Of a DNA stretch of 60,957 nucleotides, positions 48,325 through 60,260 are shown piece by piece (position 1 is the first letter of the stretch; every line of letters begins with the position of its first letter). Below the pieces are notes generated by a model. That model searched no databases. It was not told where the DNA came from and was given only the letters and a program-made list of their open reading frames with translations. Made by a program: the position numbers and the translations under genes. The stretch lies in the NCBI GenBank assembly GCA_038087875.1, contig JAXLNO010000318.1, positions 1-60,957 of the forward strand, in the 5' to 3' direction. This DNA is from Malacoraja senta. Lineage: Eukaryota.

Positions 48325-48617
48325 TGCAGCACAGTGATGCAGCTGGTAGAGACCTGGGTTTGTTCTTGATCTTGGCTGCCGAATGTGTGGAGTTTGCCTG
48401 GTCTCCCTGTGATCGTATGGGTTTCATCCGGGTGTTCCCTTTCCTGCCACATCCCAAAGGCATATGGGTTGATAGGTTAATTGTCCTCTACGAAATTACC
48501 CCTTATGTGTAGGGAGTGGATGTGAAAGTGGGATAGCATTGAACTACTGTGAACGGGTGATCAATGTTTGGTGTGAACTCAAGGGGTCGTAAAGCCTGTT
48601 TCCATGCTGCATCTTTC
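48325..48617 (+). mobile_element. V-domain SINE, degenerate
   Basis: gcagctggtagag..tgtgtggagtttgcc..gcctgtttccatgctg. Confidence 0.75.
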
Positions 48618-49689
48618 ATTGAATCCATAGAATTGTCCTTGTAAAGTCATCTCAAATCCTCTATTGAGGTTTATTCAGTCCTTATTTTTCATGTAACATC
48701 TGAATTGTGTTTATTCAGTCCTTATCTTTCTAACCTCTGAATTGTGTGACAGTTTGTCATTGTGCATTTACTGCCTTGATGCGATCTTGGACACATATGC
48801 TAAATGTTTATATTACACGGTTGTGTCTCAGAAAATAAAATGCTGTAAAACATTATATTTAAAAATTAACATTGTGCAAATAATAATTTGAATGTACTCA
48901 GCTTGAAAGGTTTGCATTTAATGCATTATATGGCAAATTAAGTTTATCAAAAAAAGAATGAGAGAAAATATTAATGAAAGATTTCTAAAACTGCACATTA
49001 AAATCTGATTAAATGATACTCTTGTGATTCCTCCTCTCGATCTCACTCACTTACGTTGATGTAGTCTGCAGAAATATAGATACAAAAGGTGTTGAACTTC
49101 AGCGACAGCTTGGATTATTTTATGATATGTAATGCATACAAGTTGCTGAAATATAATATGTATCCTGCAGAGAGCTAACAGTGTTGAACTCAATGGTCCA
49201 CACAGTAAAGTGACATTTAGGTGCAAGCAAAACATATTTTGACAAGAGATTTATGAAAGCACGTGTCAGATCAAAGGAGAGCAAAATATAATTTCTTAAT
49301 AGTGTCTTAATGGTGCTTCAAAGGGAATAGGTGATGCTGTGAAATTGTTTGTTTTTTTGCGTTTGGTGTAGCTTTTATTGGCCTTGCACTTATGCAGATT
49401 TGCTTGTCAGGATACTGGAAAGATGTGAAAATTGTGAGAGGTCCTTAGACTTTTTTTAAAGTTAAAATTAATTCAGCTTCAGAACAGAGATTTTACTTCG
49501 GAGTCACGTGAGTGACTACGTGAAGAGCCCGCCAGGGCGCATGCGCGACATATCGTCTAGCGCATTGAGAGCGACAGGCGGGGAGGAGCGTTCCCCGCAG
49601 CGGTAAGCTTAAAACCGGAGACCTACAGGTAAGTTACTTACTCTGAGGTCGTTTTTTCGGGTGTCTTTCTGTTTCCAGGAAGACCAACG

Positions 49690-50892
49690 ATGGACAGGAC
49701 CCGTACCAAGTCCAAACGGGCAGCTAAGAAACCGGCTGAGGAGGACTGCGGAAGTACCGGGAGCCAGCAGCGGCTGACTGCAGAATCGCAATCTTTGCGA
49801 TCAGCGGTCTCTGTCCCGGCACCTGTGCAGCCTGGGTCGCCACAGGCTGAAAGGAACGCCAAAAGGTGGGACACGCTCATGGACTCCGATGTATCGGGCC
49901 ATGAACAAACGCCGCCGGCAGACAGCGACAGTGGTCGCATTTCACGTCTGGAGCGGCTAATGGAGCAATTGCTTCACCGTGACAAACTCCGTGAGCAGGA
50001 GTCAAGTCACTACGGGCCTCTGAGGAAGCCCATGGCAGTACCTTTTTCAGGGCTGCACAATGTGTCTCCCTCAACAGAGGGGAGCATTGGGAATCATTTC
50101 TGGATTGACTCCGAACAAGGGTTGGCTGAAGATACTCCAAGTGTGCTGGGGGTGCCAGAAAAGAAGATGCTGGGTACGGTGAAAAAGTTTGCGGTGCCTC
50201 CACAGTCAAGGCAGCCGCTGAAACAAGAACTAGCAGCCAGCATTGACTACCTTTTAACCCAGCAAATGCAGGAAAAGGCAGTTAATGAAACCACTGCAAA
50301 ATACCTGGCACCAGGGAACTGTATTTCACTGAATGTCCCAGCAGTGAATCCCTCCATCTGGGGACATATTGGTGCAGGTATAAGGGCACAGGAGGTACAA
50401 ATGCAGAAAATCCTCAAACTTTTACCAACTGGGATTACAGCATTTGCCCGGTCGGTGGATGACACGGAAATGACAGAGGCTCAGCAAGATACGTTGGCGA
50501 TGCTCTGCAATACACAGTTCGAGATCAACTGTTTCTGAAAGAACTCCATCCGCCCAGCCTTGAATCCCAAATTTGCGGCTCTGTGTAAGACCAACACCAC
50601 ACCGCCGCCAATTTTGTTATTCGGGGGCAACCTGTCCAAACAGGTTAAAGACCTGGATGAAGAGGCGAAAGCCGCCGGGCTCATCAAGGCATCGGGAAAA
50701 ATACCTCGGCAACAGCACCCCTGCGCATCCACCAGCAGGCCACGTCACATCGCAGCTGGTGAAAGCTCGAAGGCCGCAGCTCAAGGACAAAGATCTTTTT
50801 TAGACCGCGGCCCAGAGCGACCATCGTGGAAGATGTGCCAACCCCGAATTCCAGCATCTCAATCGGCCAAGAAACAGAAGAAGAAGAGATGA
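49690..50892 (+). pseudogene. DIRS ORF1 (gag-like) with one in-frame stop at 50536-50538
   Basis: ORFs 49690-50538 and 50560-50892 are in the same frame. First ORF after the left ITR, with VPAVNPSIW and LFGGNL motifs and a basic C-terminus. Confidence 0.75.
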
Positions 50893-52842
50893 ACACCCCA
50901 CTGGTAACCATGGAGGTAGGTGGGTCTGGTTCCTCGCAAGACATAGCGGGTGCAATGGATACAATTGTTGGTGGTAGGTTACACTGGTTTTGTGAGGCAT
51001 GGAGCTCAATAACCTCTGAATCTTATATACTGCATAGTGTTCAAGGATATGAAATTGAATTAGAAAACAAACACCTTCCTCCGGTTCAGCATGCACCCAT
51101 CAGATCATTTATTCTATCACAACAAGAGAAGTTGGATGGTCATGCTGAAATTAAGAAGCTTTATACTAAGGGTGTAATTGAGAGATCTCAACATGAGTCT
51201 TGAGAATTTGTGTCAAACATTTTCACAAAAAAGAAGAAAGATGGTGGATGTCGCATCATTATTGATTTGAGACAATTGAACACATTTGTGCAGTATACTC
51301 ACTTCAAAATGGAAACCTTTGTCACGGCCAAACAATTGATTTCCGAAGGCTACTTCATGGCATGCATCGATTTAAAAGATGCATACTATTCGGTGCCTAT
51401 ACACAAGGATCACCACCGATATCTGAAGTTTAACTGGATGGGGCAGCTTTGGCAGTACAAAGCACTACCTAATGGATTGACCTCAGCCCCAGATTATTCA
51501 CCAAATTACTGAAACCAGCTCTGGCGGTTCTTCGGAAACAAAAACATATTGTCATGGCGTATTTAGATGACATACTAATCATGGGTAAAACCTACGAATT
51601 AGCCAAATTAGCTGTTACAGCTACCATAGGTCTATTTGAGAAACTGGGGTTTATCATACATCCAGATAAATCAAAGTTAACACCATCCACGACTATGGAC
51701 TATTTGGGATTCACCATTAATTCAGTTCACATGACTGTGACTTTACCTAGGGGAAAGGCAACTGAATTAATGGAAGTTTGCAGCAACCTTGCTGTCATCA
51801 GTCAACCATCTATCAGACAAGTAGCAAGGGTAATTGGCAAAATCATAGCTGCTTTTCCAGCGACACACTTTGGACCTTTGCACTATCAAAATTTACAGAG
51901 AGCAAAGGTGCGAGCACTTAAACATCATGCTGGTCATTTCGATAGACCAATGCAATTACCAACAAAAGCTATTTTGGAACTGCGATGGTGGACACATAAC
52001 ATTCAACGTTCCTTCAGCTCCATTATTATTAGCAACCCATCAGTTGTATTACAGACTGATGCCAGCGCTCAAGGTTGGGGTGCCACCAACACCATCTCCA
52101 GTTGTGGGGGCAGATGGGATGCGCATGAATCATCTTTGCTTTATACACTTGGTATAAATTATTTGGAAATGTTGGGAGCATTCTATGGTTTGAAGGCGTA
52201 CTGTTCAAGAATGCATCATTTGCATGTTCGCCTGCAAATAGATAATACCACTGTGGTGGCTTATATTAATCACATGGGTGGAATCAGATCGATATCATGT
52301 GATGATCTGGCCAATTCAATCTGGCAATGGTGTATCAAGAGAAACATTTGGATATCTGCTATTTACCTACCAGGTAAACTTAATTCAGTGGCAGACACCA
52401 GGTCACGAAAATTTAATGACAACACTGAATGGATGTTGGACCCCAAAGTGTTTTCAGACATCATAGCAAGATATGGAACACCAGATATCGATCTATTTGC
52501 ATCTAGGCTTAACCACCATTTGCCGACATATGTTGCGTGGGAACCAGACCCTGGGGCAGCAGCGATGGACGCATTTTTGCTGCACTGGGGAATTTTTTTT
52601 TCTATGCATTTCCCCCCTTCTGCCTCATCAGTCGGGTCTTACGCAAAATACAACAAGACTCTGCGTCAGGTATTTTGGTTATACCCGACTGGCCTACCCA
52701 GCCATGGTTCCCTGTGGTTCTCGACATGGTTTCAGAACCATGTATGGCCGTCACTAAAAGACCAGACTTGATGGTCCATCATGTAACTGGCGAAAGACAT
52801 CCATGCCATGACAGGACTAATCTGTTAATTTGCAGAATTTGA
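50889..52842 (+). pseudogene. DIRS ORF2: reverse transcriptase, RNase H and Dam-like methyltransferase domain, disrupted
   Basis: RT: GGRL..W, IDLKDAYYSVPI, LPNGL, YLDD. RNase H: TDAS..GWG, INYLE, DNTTVVAYIN. MT: DLFASRLN..YAFPPF. Stop at 51201-51203; frameshifts near 51490 and in the poly-T near 52600. Confidence 0.92.
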
Positions 52843-53812
52843 ACAGGCCACTTCTGGATCTTGGACTGACGGACCGAACCATCAACATGATCACGGCGGC
52901 ACAAAGAGAGTCTACCAGAAAACAGTACCTGACTTACATCAGGAAATGGGAACGATATTGTTCCAGGACTAATGTTGAGTATAACTCAGCCACTGTAACT
53001 AATGTCCTGGAGTTCCTCGCTAACCTACATTTCGAAGAAAGGCTTAGCTACAGTGCCATCAACAGCGGCAGGAGTGCCTATCCACATATTTGTGGCGGGG
53101 ATTCGACCACCATTCACTGGGGTCTCACCCCTTGGTTTCCAAACTAATGAGGGGTATATTTAACTCGAATCCCTCTAGGGCCAGATACTCTCACATTTGG
53201 GATGTGAGTATTGTGTTGACGTTGCTTCGGGGTTGGTCACCAGCAACGTCCCTGTCCTTGGAGAAACTTACCCTTAAATTGGTAATGCTCATGGCACTGG
53301 TCTCAGCCCAGCGGGTGCAATCTTTACACAAATTACGACTGGACTCGATGGCCAAAGGGACAAATGGTATAACATTTTATATTCATGAACTGGTAAAACA
53401 AAACAGACCAGGGTCATCAGGCCTTAAACTAGAGTTTCGGGCATACCCTACAGATGTTCTCTTATGCGTCACGACACATCTGTTACTTTACATTGGACTA
53501 ACAGCTAAAGTAAGAGGCCAGGAATTGGCACTATTAGTGAGCCACAAAAGACCTCACAACAGGGTATCGGCCCAAACTATATCTAGATGGCTTCGACATG
53601 TTTTGGGGGCTGCAGGGGTGGATACTGATATTTTTAAATCTCATTCCACCAGGGCTGCAGCCACATCGGCAGCACGGCACATGGAGGTTCCAATGGATCA
53701 CATCTTGGGTACGGCAGGATGGTCCAGGGAGAAGACCTTCCAAGAATTTTATAATAAGCCAGTTGCCAAGCCTGTGACTTTTGCAGAGACTATTTTGAGT
53801 TCTGTTTTATAA
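52830..53812 (+). pseudogene. DIRS ORF3 tyrosine recombinase, one frameshift near 53080
   Basis: N-terminal STRKQY..W domain. Catalytic motifs AQR, HSTR, AGW and FQEFY (R-HxxR-W-Y). Confidence 0.92.
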
Positions 53813-53901
53813 TACATCCCGAAGGACAGGCATCATTATTATAATTTGTGTTAATAAATCACTTATTGTTTCTTTTTTAACAATTGATTCATGTCTGGAT
53901 T

Positions 53902-54942
53902 TAGCAATGTTACAACATTTTGAGATTTTAAAAATAAAGTCTGCAATTTATCCCATCAAATAAAGCATAAAAAGAAGTTTAATTTGACACTTAATTCACT
54001 TTCATATCTTCAGTATTAAAAAAGTTATGGCCATTATCATACTCAGAAATTAGCATCTAGTTCCCTATTGCTTTTCCATTGACTTAACACAAAAGCTGTG
54101 ATCGAGGACAGTTAAAAGCCCATAACTTTCTTAAAAATTATGATAACTGAAAGAAATTTTCAGGTATTATAGATTGAAGCATTCTGAAACAAATATGAAA
54201 CAATCTTACTTCGAAGACATGAAAGTAAAGCATATAATTAGTTAGTTACCTAATTGTAGCTAATTACAAAATTCAATTACTAGATCTAAACATCTATCAA
54301 TTTCTTAAGAATAGATTAACATTTTTAAATAGCCTAAGTGTCCAAATAACATTCACACAATAATTCACAATATAACATAATTTTTAAATCTAATTTTCAT
54401 GAATTTACAGGCCAAATGGAAGGAATTGAATGTTTAATACCTGTAAATTAATGGGGATTTAATTCATCTTGCGAGTGAGGATTACTGGAACGCGATCTTT
54501 TGGAACGTTGATTTGCGGTGAATTTAACCCCGTATTGGCATGAAAAATACTGCCGTTAATTCGGGGAATAAAATCACCGTGTCGCATGACAAAATGTGAA
54601 TTAAAGGCTTCTTAAGAAGCACTTTTATACATTTAAAGAAAGCACTTTTGTTTACCTGTCCCGTGTGTGAAATCCGTCCCCGTTATCGGCGTTGACGCTT
54701 CAGGAGCTGCTTTTAAAATTACTGTAGCGCTGACATTGATGATTTAATAAAAATAAAAAATTCACAAAACGCCGGTAGGAACGATTTTGTCAGCCAAGGC
54801 TTGTACTCCAACAAAATATTCCCAGGACAAGGGAGGAGAAACCCGCGTTTTAACCCCGCCCCCCCTTAAAGGCGCCAAAATCACGCACACGGCCAGTGGC
54901 AGAATTACAGCGCGACTGAAGGTAAGTTTTGTAACATACCTA
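53902..54942. mobile_element. ~1.04 kb non-autonomous DNA transposon (MITE; hAT- or P-like) nested in the DIRS 3' region
   Basis: Imperfect TIRs TAGCAATGTTACAA / TTGTAACATACCTA. Flanking direct repeat CTGGATT(T) at 53895-53902 and 54943-54950. Confidence 0.8.
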
Positions 54943-55035
54943 CTGGATTTGTTAACATACTACCTCCTCAAGTCTACGACAGCAGGGTGTGAAGCATGGA
55001 CGCATTCCATGGCATGAAATCACAGAGCTTTAAAA

Positions 55036-55146
55036 TCTTCACGTAGTCACTCACGTGACTCCGAAGTAAAATAGTAAGATTAAACGAGAACTTACCAGTT
55101 TGAACTTTGATCTTTATTTTATGAGGAGTTATGTTGAGGGATTACG
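55036..55146. repeat. DIRS internal complementary region (ICR)
   Basis: 55036-55071 is the exact reverse complement of 49491-49526. 55072-55146 is the reverse complement of 55280-55354 with 3 mismatches. Confidence 0.95.
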
Positions 55147-55439
55147 CGCCCTCCACCCCCACCCTCTATTATAAAGGTATTTTTGTTCTTATCTTACTAT
55201 GTTAATTCGACTACTGTATCTGTGATTTCACACCACTGCTTTGAAGATATGTCACGCATGCGCCCTGGCGGGCTCTTCACGTAATGCCTCAACGTAACTC
55301 CTCATAAAATAAAGATCAAATTTCAAACTGGTAAGTTCTCGTTTAATCTTACTATCTATCTTCCTCACCAGAAAACAAGTGCTGGAGGAAGTCAGCAGTC
55401 AGGTGGAGGGAATGGACAGGTGCCATTTTGGGTCAAGAG

Positions 55440-56135
55440 AGTAAAGAATGTTTTATTATCATATGTCCCAGATAGAACAATGAAATTCTTATAATAAATA
55501 GTATAACAAAACTCAAAAAACATACAATAACAGTGCAATAATAAAAATAATAAGTCAATGTAGTCTATTGTAATTCATAGCTTATGAGGTTTTAGTGTTT
55601 AATAGCCTGATGGTTGTAGGGAAGAAGCTGTTCCTGAACCTGGACATTACAGTTCTCAGGCTCCTGTACCTTCTTCCCGATGGCAGTGGTGAGATGAGCA
55701 TTTGGCCAGGATGGTGTGGGTCTCTGATGACATTAGCTGCCTTTTTGAGGCAGCGACACCAATAAATCCCTTTGATGGTGGGGAGGTCAGAGCCAGTGAT
55801 GGACAAGTGTTCACAACTTTTTTGCAGTCTTTTCTGCTCCTGGACACTCATGCTCCTGGACATTCAAGTTGCCGAACCAGGCCATGATGCAACCAGTCAA
55901 TATGCTCTCTACTGTGCACCTGTAGAAGTTCAAGAGAATCCTCTTTGACATACCGAATCTCCATAACCTTTTCAGGAAGTAGAGGCGCTGATGTGCTTAC
56001 TTTATAAGTGTGCTGGGTCCAAGAAAGATCACCGGAAATATGCACGCCCAAGAATTTGAAGCTTTTGACTTTCTCCACCATCGTCCCATTGATGTAAGCA
56101 GGATTGTGGTTCCTCAACCTTCCTCTTCCAAAGTT
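55440..56135 (-). mobile_element. Rex1/Babar LINE 3' part
   Basis: ORFs 55848-56117(-) FKFLGVHISGDLSW and 55582-55863(-) SRFRNSFFPTTIRLLN. Confidence 0.9.
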
Positions 56136-59093
56136 AAACCCTTCTTCGGACTGATGGTGTCAGAGCTGGAAGCTGGAAGAAAAAGTTGGGGGTGAGACAG
56201 TCTGGTAAGTGATTTAAAATAAAACAAGGTGCTAGAGTAACTCAGCGGGTCCTGCGGTATTTCTGGGGAACAGGGACAGGTGACATTTAGTGTTGAGTCC
56301 CTTCTTCTGACTGGTAAGTGATAGGTGGATGCAGTGAGGGAAGGGATGATTGACAGATGAGTAGATTAAGTGACAAAATGTAAAGGTGCAAAGGAGCCAA
56401 AAGGTACACCAATACAGAAAGAAGAGGAGCAGTGAAATGTAAAGCTAGAGGAAGGGATATTCATAGAAAGATACTGAGGGGAGGGGAAAGAAAGGAAGCT
56501 AAAAGGGAAATATGGGACAAGGATGGGTGATGAATATTTGGTGGAGAAGGATGCAAGGCCACCAGAGTGGTAGGAACATTGTGTGTTCACCAGGGTGGAC
56601 GGACATAGGGAAAGAGAGGAGGGGTGGGACGGTTCTTACTTGACATTGGAGAATTCAATGCTCATACCATTGAGTTGTAGGGTCTCCAAGAGGAATATAA
56701 TGTGCTACAGTTCCAGTCAGCATGTGTCCTCACTTTGGCAATGAAGGAAACCAAGGACACAAAGGCTGATTGATGCAGGAAGTTCTGCAAACTATAAGAA
56801 CATTGGGCAACTTTTCTAATATATTTAACCCAAGATCTTACATACAGGGGAAGCAAGATGGGAAAAGAGGCCAACATAGTAAAGGTAACTTAAAGGTCAT
56901 GTTAGATGCAACACATAGATTTAGCAGTTTAGACTACAAAGCATAGCTAGCTCGAGTAAGGATAAATATAATGGGATAAGTATAGGAGCTGGTTAACCAG
57001 GCTGAGAGCAATAAATTATGATAAAAGAAAAGTCACTATTGACACCATTTGCAAAACAAATGAGAGAATGTTTTTCTAATTAAGAGGGAACAGGTAGTTG
57101 AAGATTGATCACTGATGAATTATTTCAAAAAATCTAAAATCTGCATGTAACGATTGTGTTGCAAGAATATAAAAAAGCCCATACGTGCAATGAATCATTG
57201 AAACACTTTGGGTGCTCTCAGAGTGTTTACAGTATTACTGTTAAGCCCTTGAATAAACCGACTTGTTTGAGAAACTCATCACTGCTCTATGAGATTGACA
57301 GATTCAGAGTAAGATAAAACACACACAATTCCCTCCAAATCAGTATAAGAATGTGTGATTGTTTTTTGTGTTTGGTGTAGCTTTGATTGACCTTGCACAT
57401 GTTAAAATGGTTAGCATGCATGAGATCCTACAAGCCTTGGCAAACAGAGAACTAGTGTTCGCTGAAATTATCGCCTAGTCGACGCTTCAATTCATTGATG
57501 TAAAAGAGACCACATCAGTGTTACATCTCCTGTGGTTGCAGGGGAAAGTGCTTGGGGATGAAGGCAGGTTGAGTAGGAAGGGATAAGTGAAAGGAGTTGC
57601 GGAGAGGGTGGTCTCCAGAGAAAATATAAAAGGGTGGGAATGGGAAGATGTGACTTGCGATGGGAATAAGTTGAAGGTCGAGGATTTATTGGAGAATGAT
57701 ATGATGGATGTGGAGGCTGAGGGAGTAAACGGTGAGGACCAGGGGAACTATTCGTTCAACCAACTCTGCAAACCATTTTTCTCACACCTTCAGCCTTTTC
57801 ATCTCTGGCCTTTATCAAACATATTCTGATGAACAAAAACCCTCCCCTATGACCTTCCGGGCTTTCCCCTGTCCCTCCTCTCTCCAGCTTTCTTCCCCTT
57901 CCCACCCTATAATCATTTTGAAGAATGGTCCTGACCCAAAACGATACCTATTCATGCTATCCAGAGCTGTTGCATGACCTGAAATGTTACTCAATCTATC
58001 CTTGTTCTATCTGGGGGAGGGGGGGGGGGGTGGAGGAGTGAGAACAGAACTGTGGGAGACAGAGGAAACCCCGGTAAGAGCCCGATCCAAAACAGCAAGG
58101 GGAAAATAATTTTACTAGAGACAGAGGGCAACTTGGATGTCCTAGAATGGATAGCCTCACGTTGCGAACCGATGTGGCGTGATCAGAGAAATTGAGAGTA
58201 GGTTGTGTCATCCAAATATGATAATAGAGAAGATATTTTAAATTACAGCTCAATATCTCTGTGTCGCTTAGAAAAGGACATAATTTACATATGAGGAGAA
58301 AAAAATAAGATCTTTGTAATGCCCCCTCAATTTAATGGAAAATAGCAGAGTACAGTGTGTATAGAACACTTAAAAGTAAAACTTTATTTGAGAAAGCCTA
58401 AATGCAAGTACAGAGTTAATTGTAAACATTGAATTAAAAAAAACAGGAGTGAATTTTGTTGTGTGGCTTATATTTTACACAACTAACTTTCTGAATGTAA
58501 GACTGAAGAAATGGGCAGGGAACAAGAAATGTTATTGAGATCAGTATAAATGCATGAGTGAAAAATGCTGCAAGAATTGCTTTATTAAAATAACCTTCAT
58601 GAAATAAACACATTCTTGTTTATCCATTTGGATCAAAACCAAGGTTATCTGCCAAATGGTTTTGTCCTTGTAGTCTATTTAATTTCATCCCAGGGCATGG
58701 TTAATAGGGTTAGTTGGTAGAAATGGCAATGTTACTTATGCGAGATTGATATGGTGTAACAAGTAGACATAGGATTGGCAATGGAACATGTTTATCATTT
58801 CCAGGAAATTATATTGAAAGCAATTGTGAGAGCATAGGATGTTATTGTGCACGAATACTCATGGTTCATGAACAATACAGTGAAGACATAACCAGCATAG
58901 ACAGGCTCCTTGTTTATATTAGTGGAACCATTCAGTGCAAATCAAAGGACAAAATTATCCCATTATGCACAAACTATGTTCAATTACTGCCAATATACAC
59001 ACATGGAACTGCAGATGTTAGTTTACTAAAAAATAGACATATCGTGCTGGAGTAACTGAGTGGGTCAGGCAGCAACTCTGGAGAACATGAATA

Positions 59094-60260
59094 GGTGGCA
59101 CGGTGGAGCAGCAATAGAGTTGCAGCCTTACAGCGCTTACAGCACCTGAGACCTAGGTTCAATCCCGACTACAGGCACTGTCTGTTCGGAGTTTTATGTT
59201 CTCCCTGCGACCTGCGTGGATTTTCTGCGAGATCTTCGGTTTCCTCCCACACTCCAATGATATGCAGGTTTGTAAGTTAATTGGCTTGTTATAGATACAT
59301 AGATACATAGATACATAGAAAATAGGTGCAGGAGTAGGCCATTCGGCCCTTCGAGCCAGCACCGCCATTCAATATGATCATGGCTGATCATCCAACTCAG
59401 TATCCCGTACCTGCCTCCTCTCCATACCCCCTTAACCCTTTAGCCACAAGGGGCACATCTAACTCCCTCTTAAATATAGCCAATGAACTGGCCTCAACTA
59501 CCCTCTGTGGCAGAGAGTTCCAGAGATTCACCACTCTCTGTGTGAAAAAGTTTTTCCTCATCTCGATCTTAAAGGATTTCCCCCTTATCCTTAAGCTGTG
59601 ACCCCTTGTCCTGGACTTCCCCAACATCGGGAACAATCTTCCTGCATCTAGCCTGTCCAACCCCATAAGAATTTTGTACTTTTCTATAAGATCCCCTCTC
59701 AATCTCCTAAATTCTAGCGAGTATAAGCCAAGTCTATCCAGTCTTTCTTCATATGAAAGTCCTGACATCCCAGGAATCAGTCTGGTGAACCTTCTCTGCA
59801 CTCCCTCCATGGCTATAATGTCCTTCCTCAGATTTGGAGACCAAAACTGTATGCAATACTCCAGGTGTGGTCTCACCAAGACCCTGTACAACTGCAGTAG
59901 AACCTCCCTGCTCCTATACTCAAATCCTCTTGCTATGAATGCTAACATACCATTCGCTTTCTTCACTGCCTGCTGCACCTGCATGCCTACTTTCAATGAC
60001 TGGTGTACCATGACACCCAGGTCTCGCTGCATCACCCCTTTTCCTAATCGGCCACCATTTAGATAATAGTCTGCTTTCCTGTTTTTGCCACCAAAGTGGA
60101 TAACCTCACATTTAATGTAACCTCACATTATAAATGTAAATTGTCCCTAGTATGTATAGGGTAGTGTTAACATGCAGAGATCATTGGTCGGTGCAGAATT
60201 GGTGGGCTTAAGGGCCTGTTTCCGTACTGTATCTTTAAAACTAATAAAACTAAAAAACTA
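59094..60260 (+). mobile_element. V-domain SINE split by a CR1 insertion and itself inserted in a Penelope fold-back
   Basis: Head and V core at 59094-59290, tail at ~60130-60260 with (TAAAAC)-like repeats. Flanks at 59004-59093 and 60263-60340 are inverted pLTR arms. Confidence 0.8.
59291..60113 (-). mobile_element. Young CR1 LINE, 5'-truncated
   Basis: Uninterrupted 212-aa ORF 59397-60035(-). (CATAGATA)n tail. Near-identical to 32990-33796. Confidence 0.95.

Larger units (their letters stand above)
49491..55354 (+). mobile_element. Full-length DIRS1-type tyrosine-recombinase retrotransposon
   Basis: ITRs 49517-49554 vs 55246-55283 (1 mismatch). ICR 55036-55146 is complementary to both termini. 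ORF order is gag-like, RT-RNaseH-MT, YR. No TSD. Confidence 0.95.

Noticed and set aside
48668..48748. Two-copy ~40-bp tandem duplication
   Set aside because: A simple local slippage duplication with no further structure.
50889..53812. RT plus recombinase plus methylase read as a prokaryotic retron, DGR or prophage module
   Set aside because: Domain order, ITRs and ICR match the established eukaryotic DIRS1 architecture.
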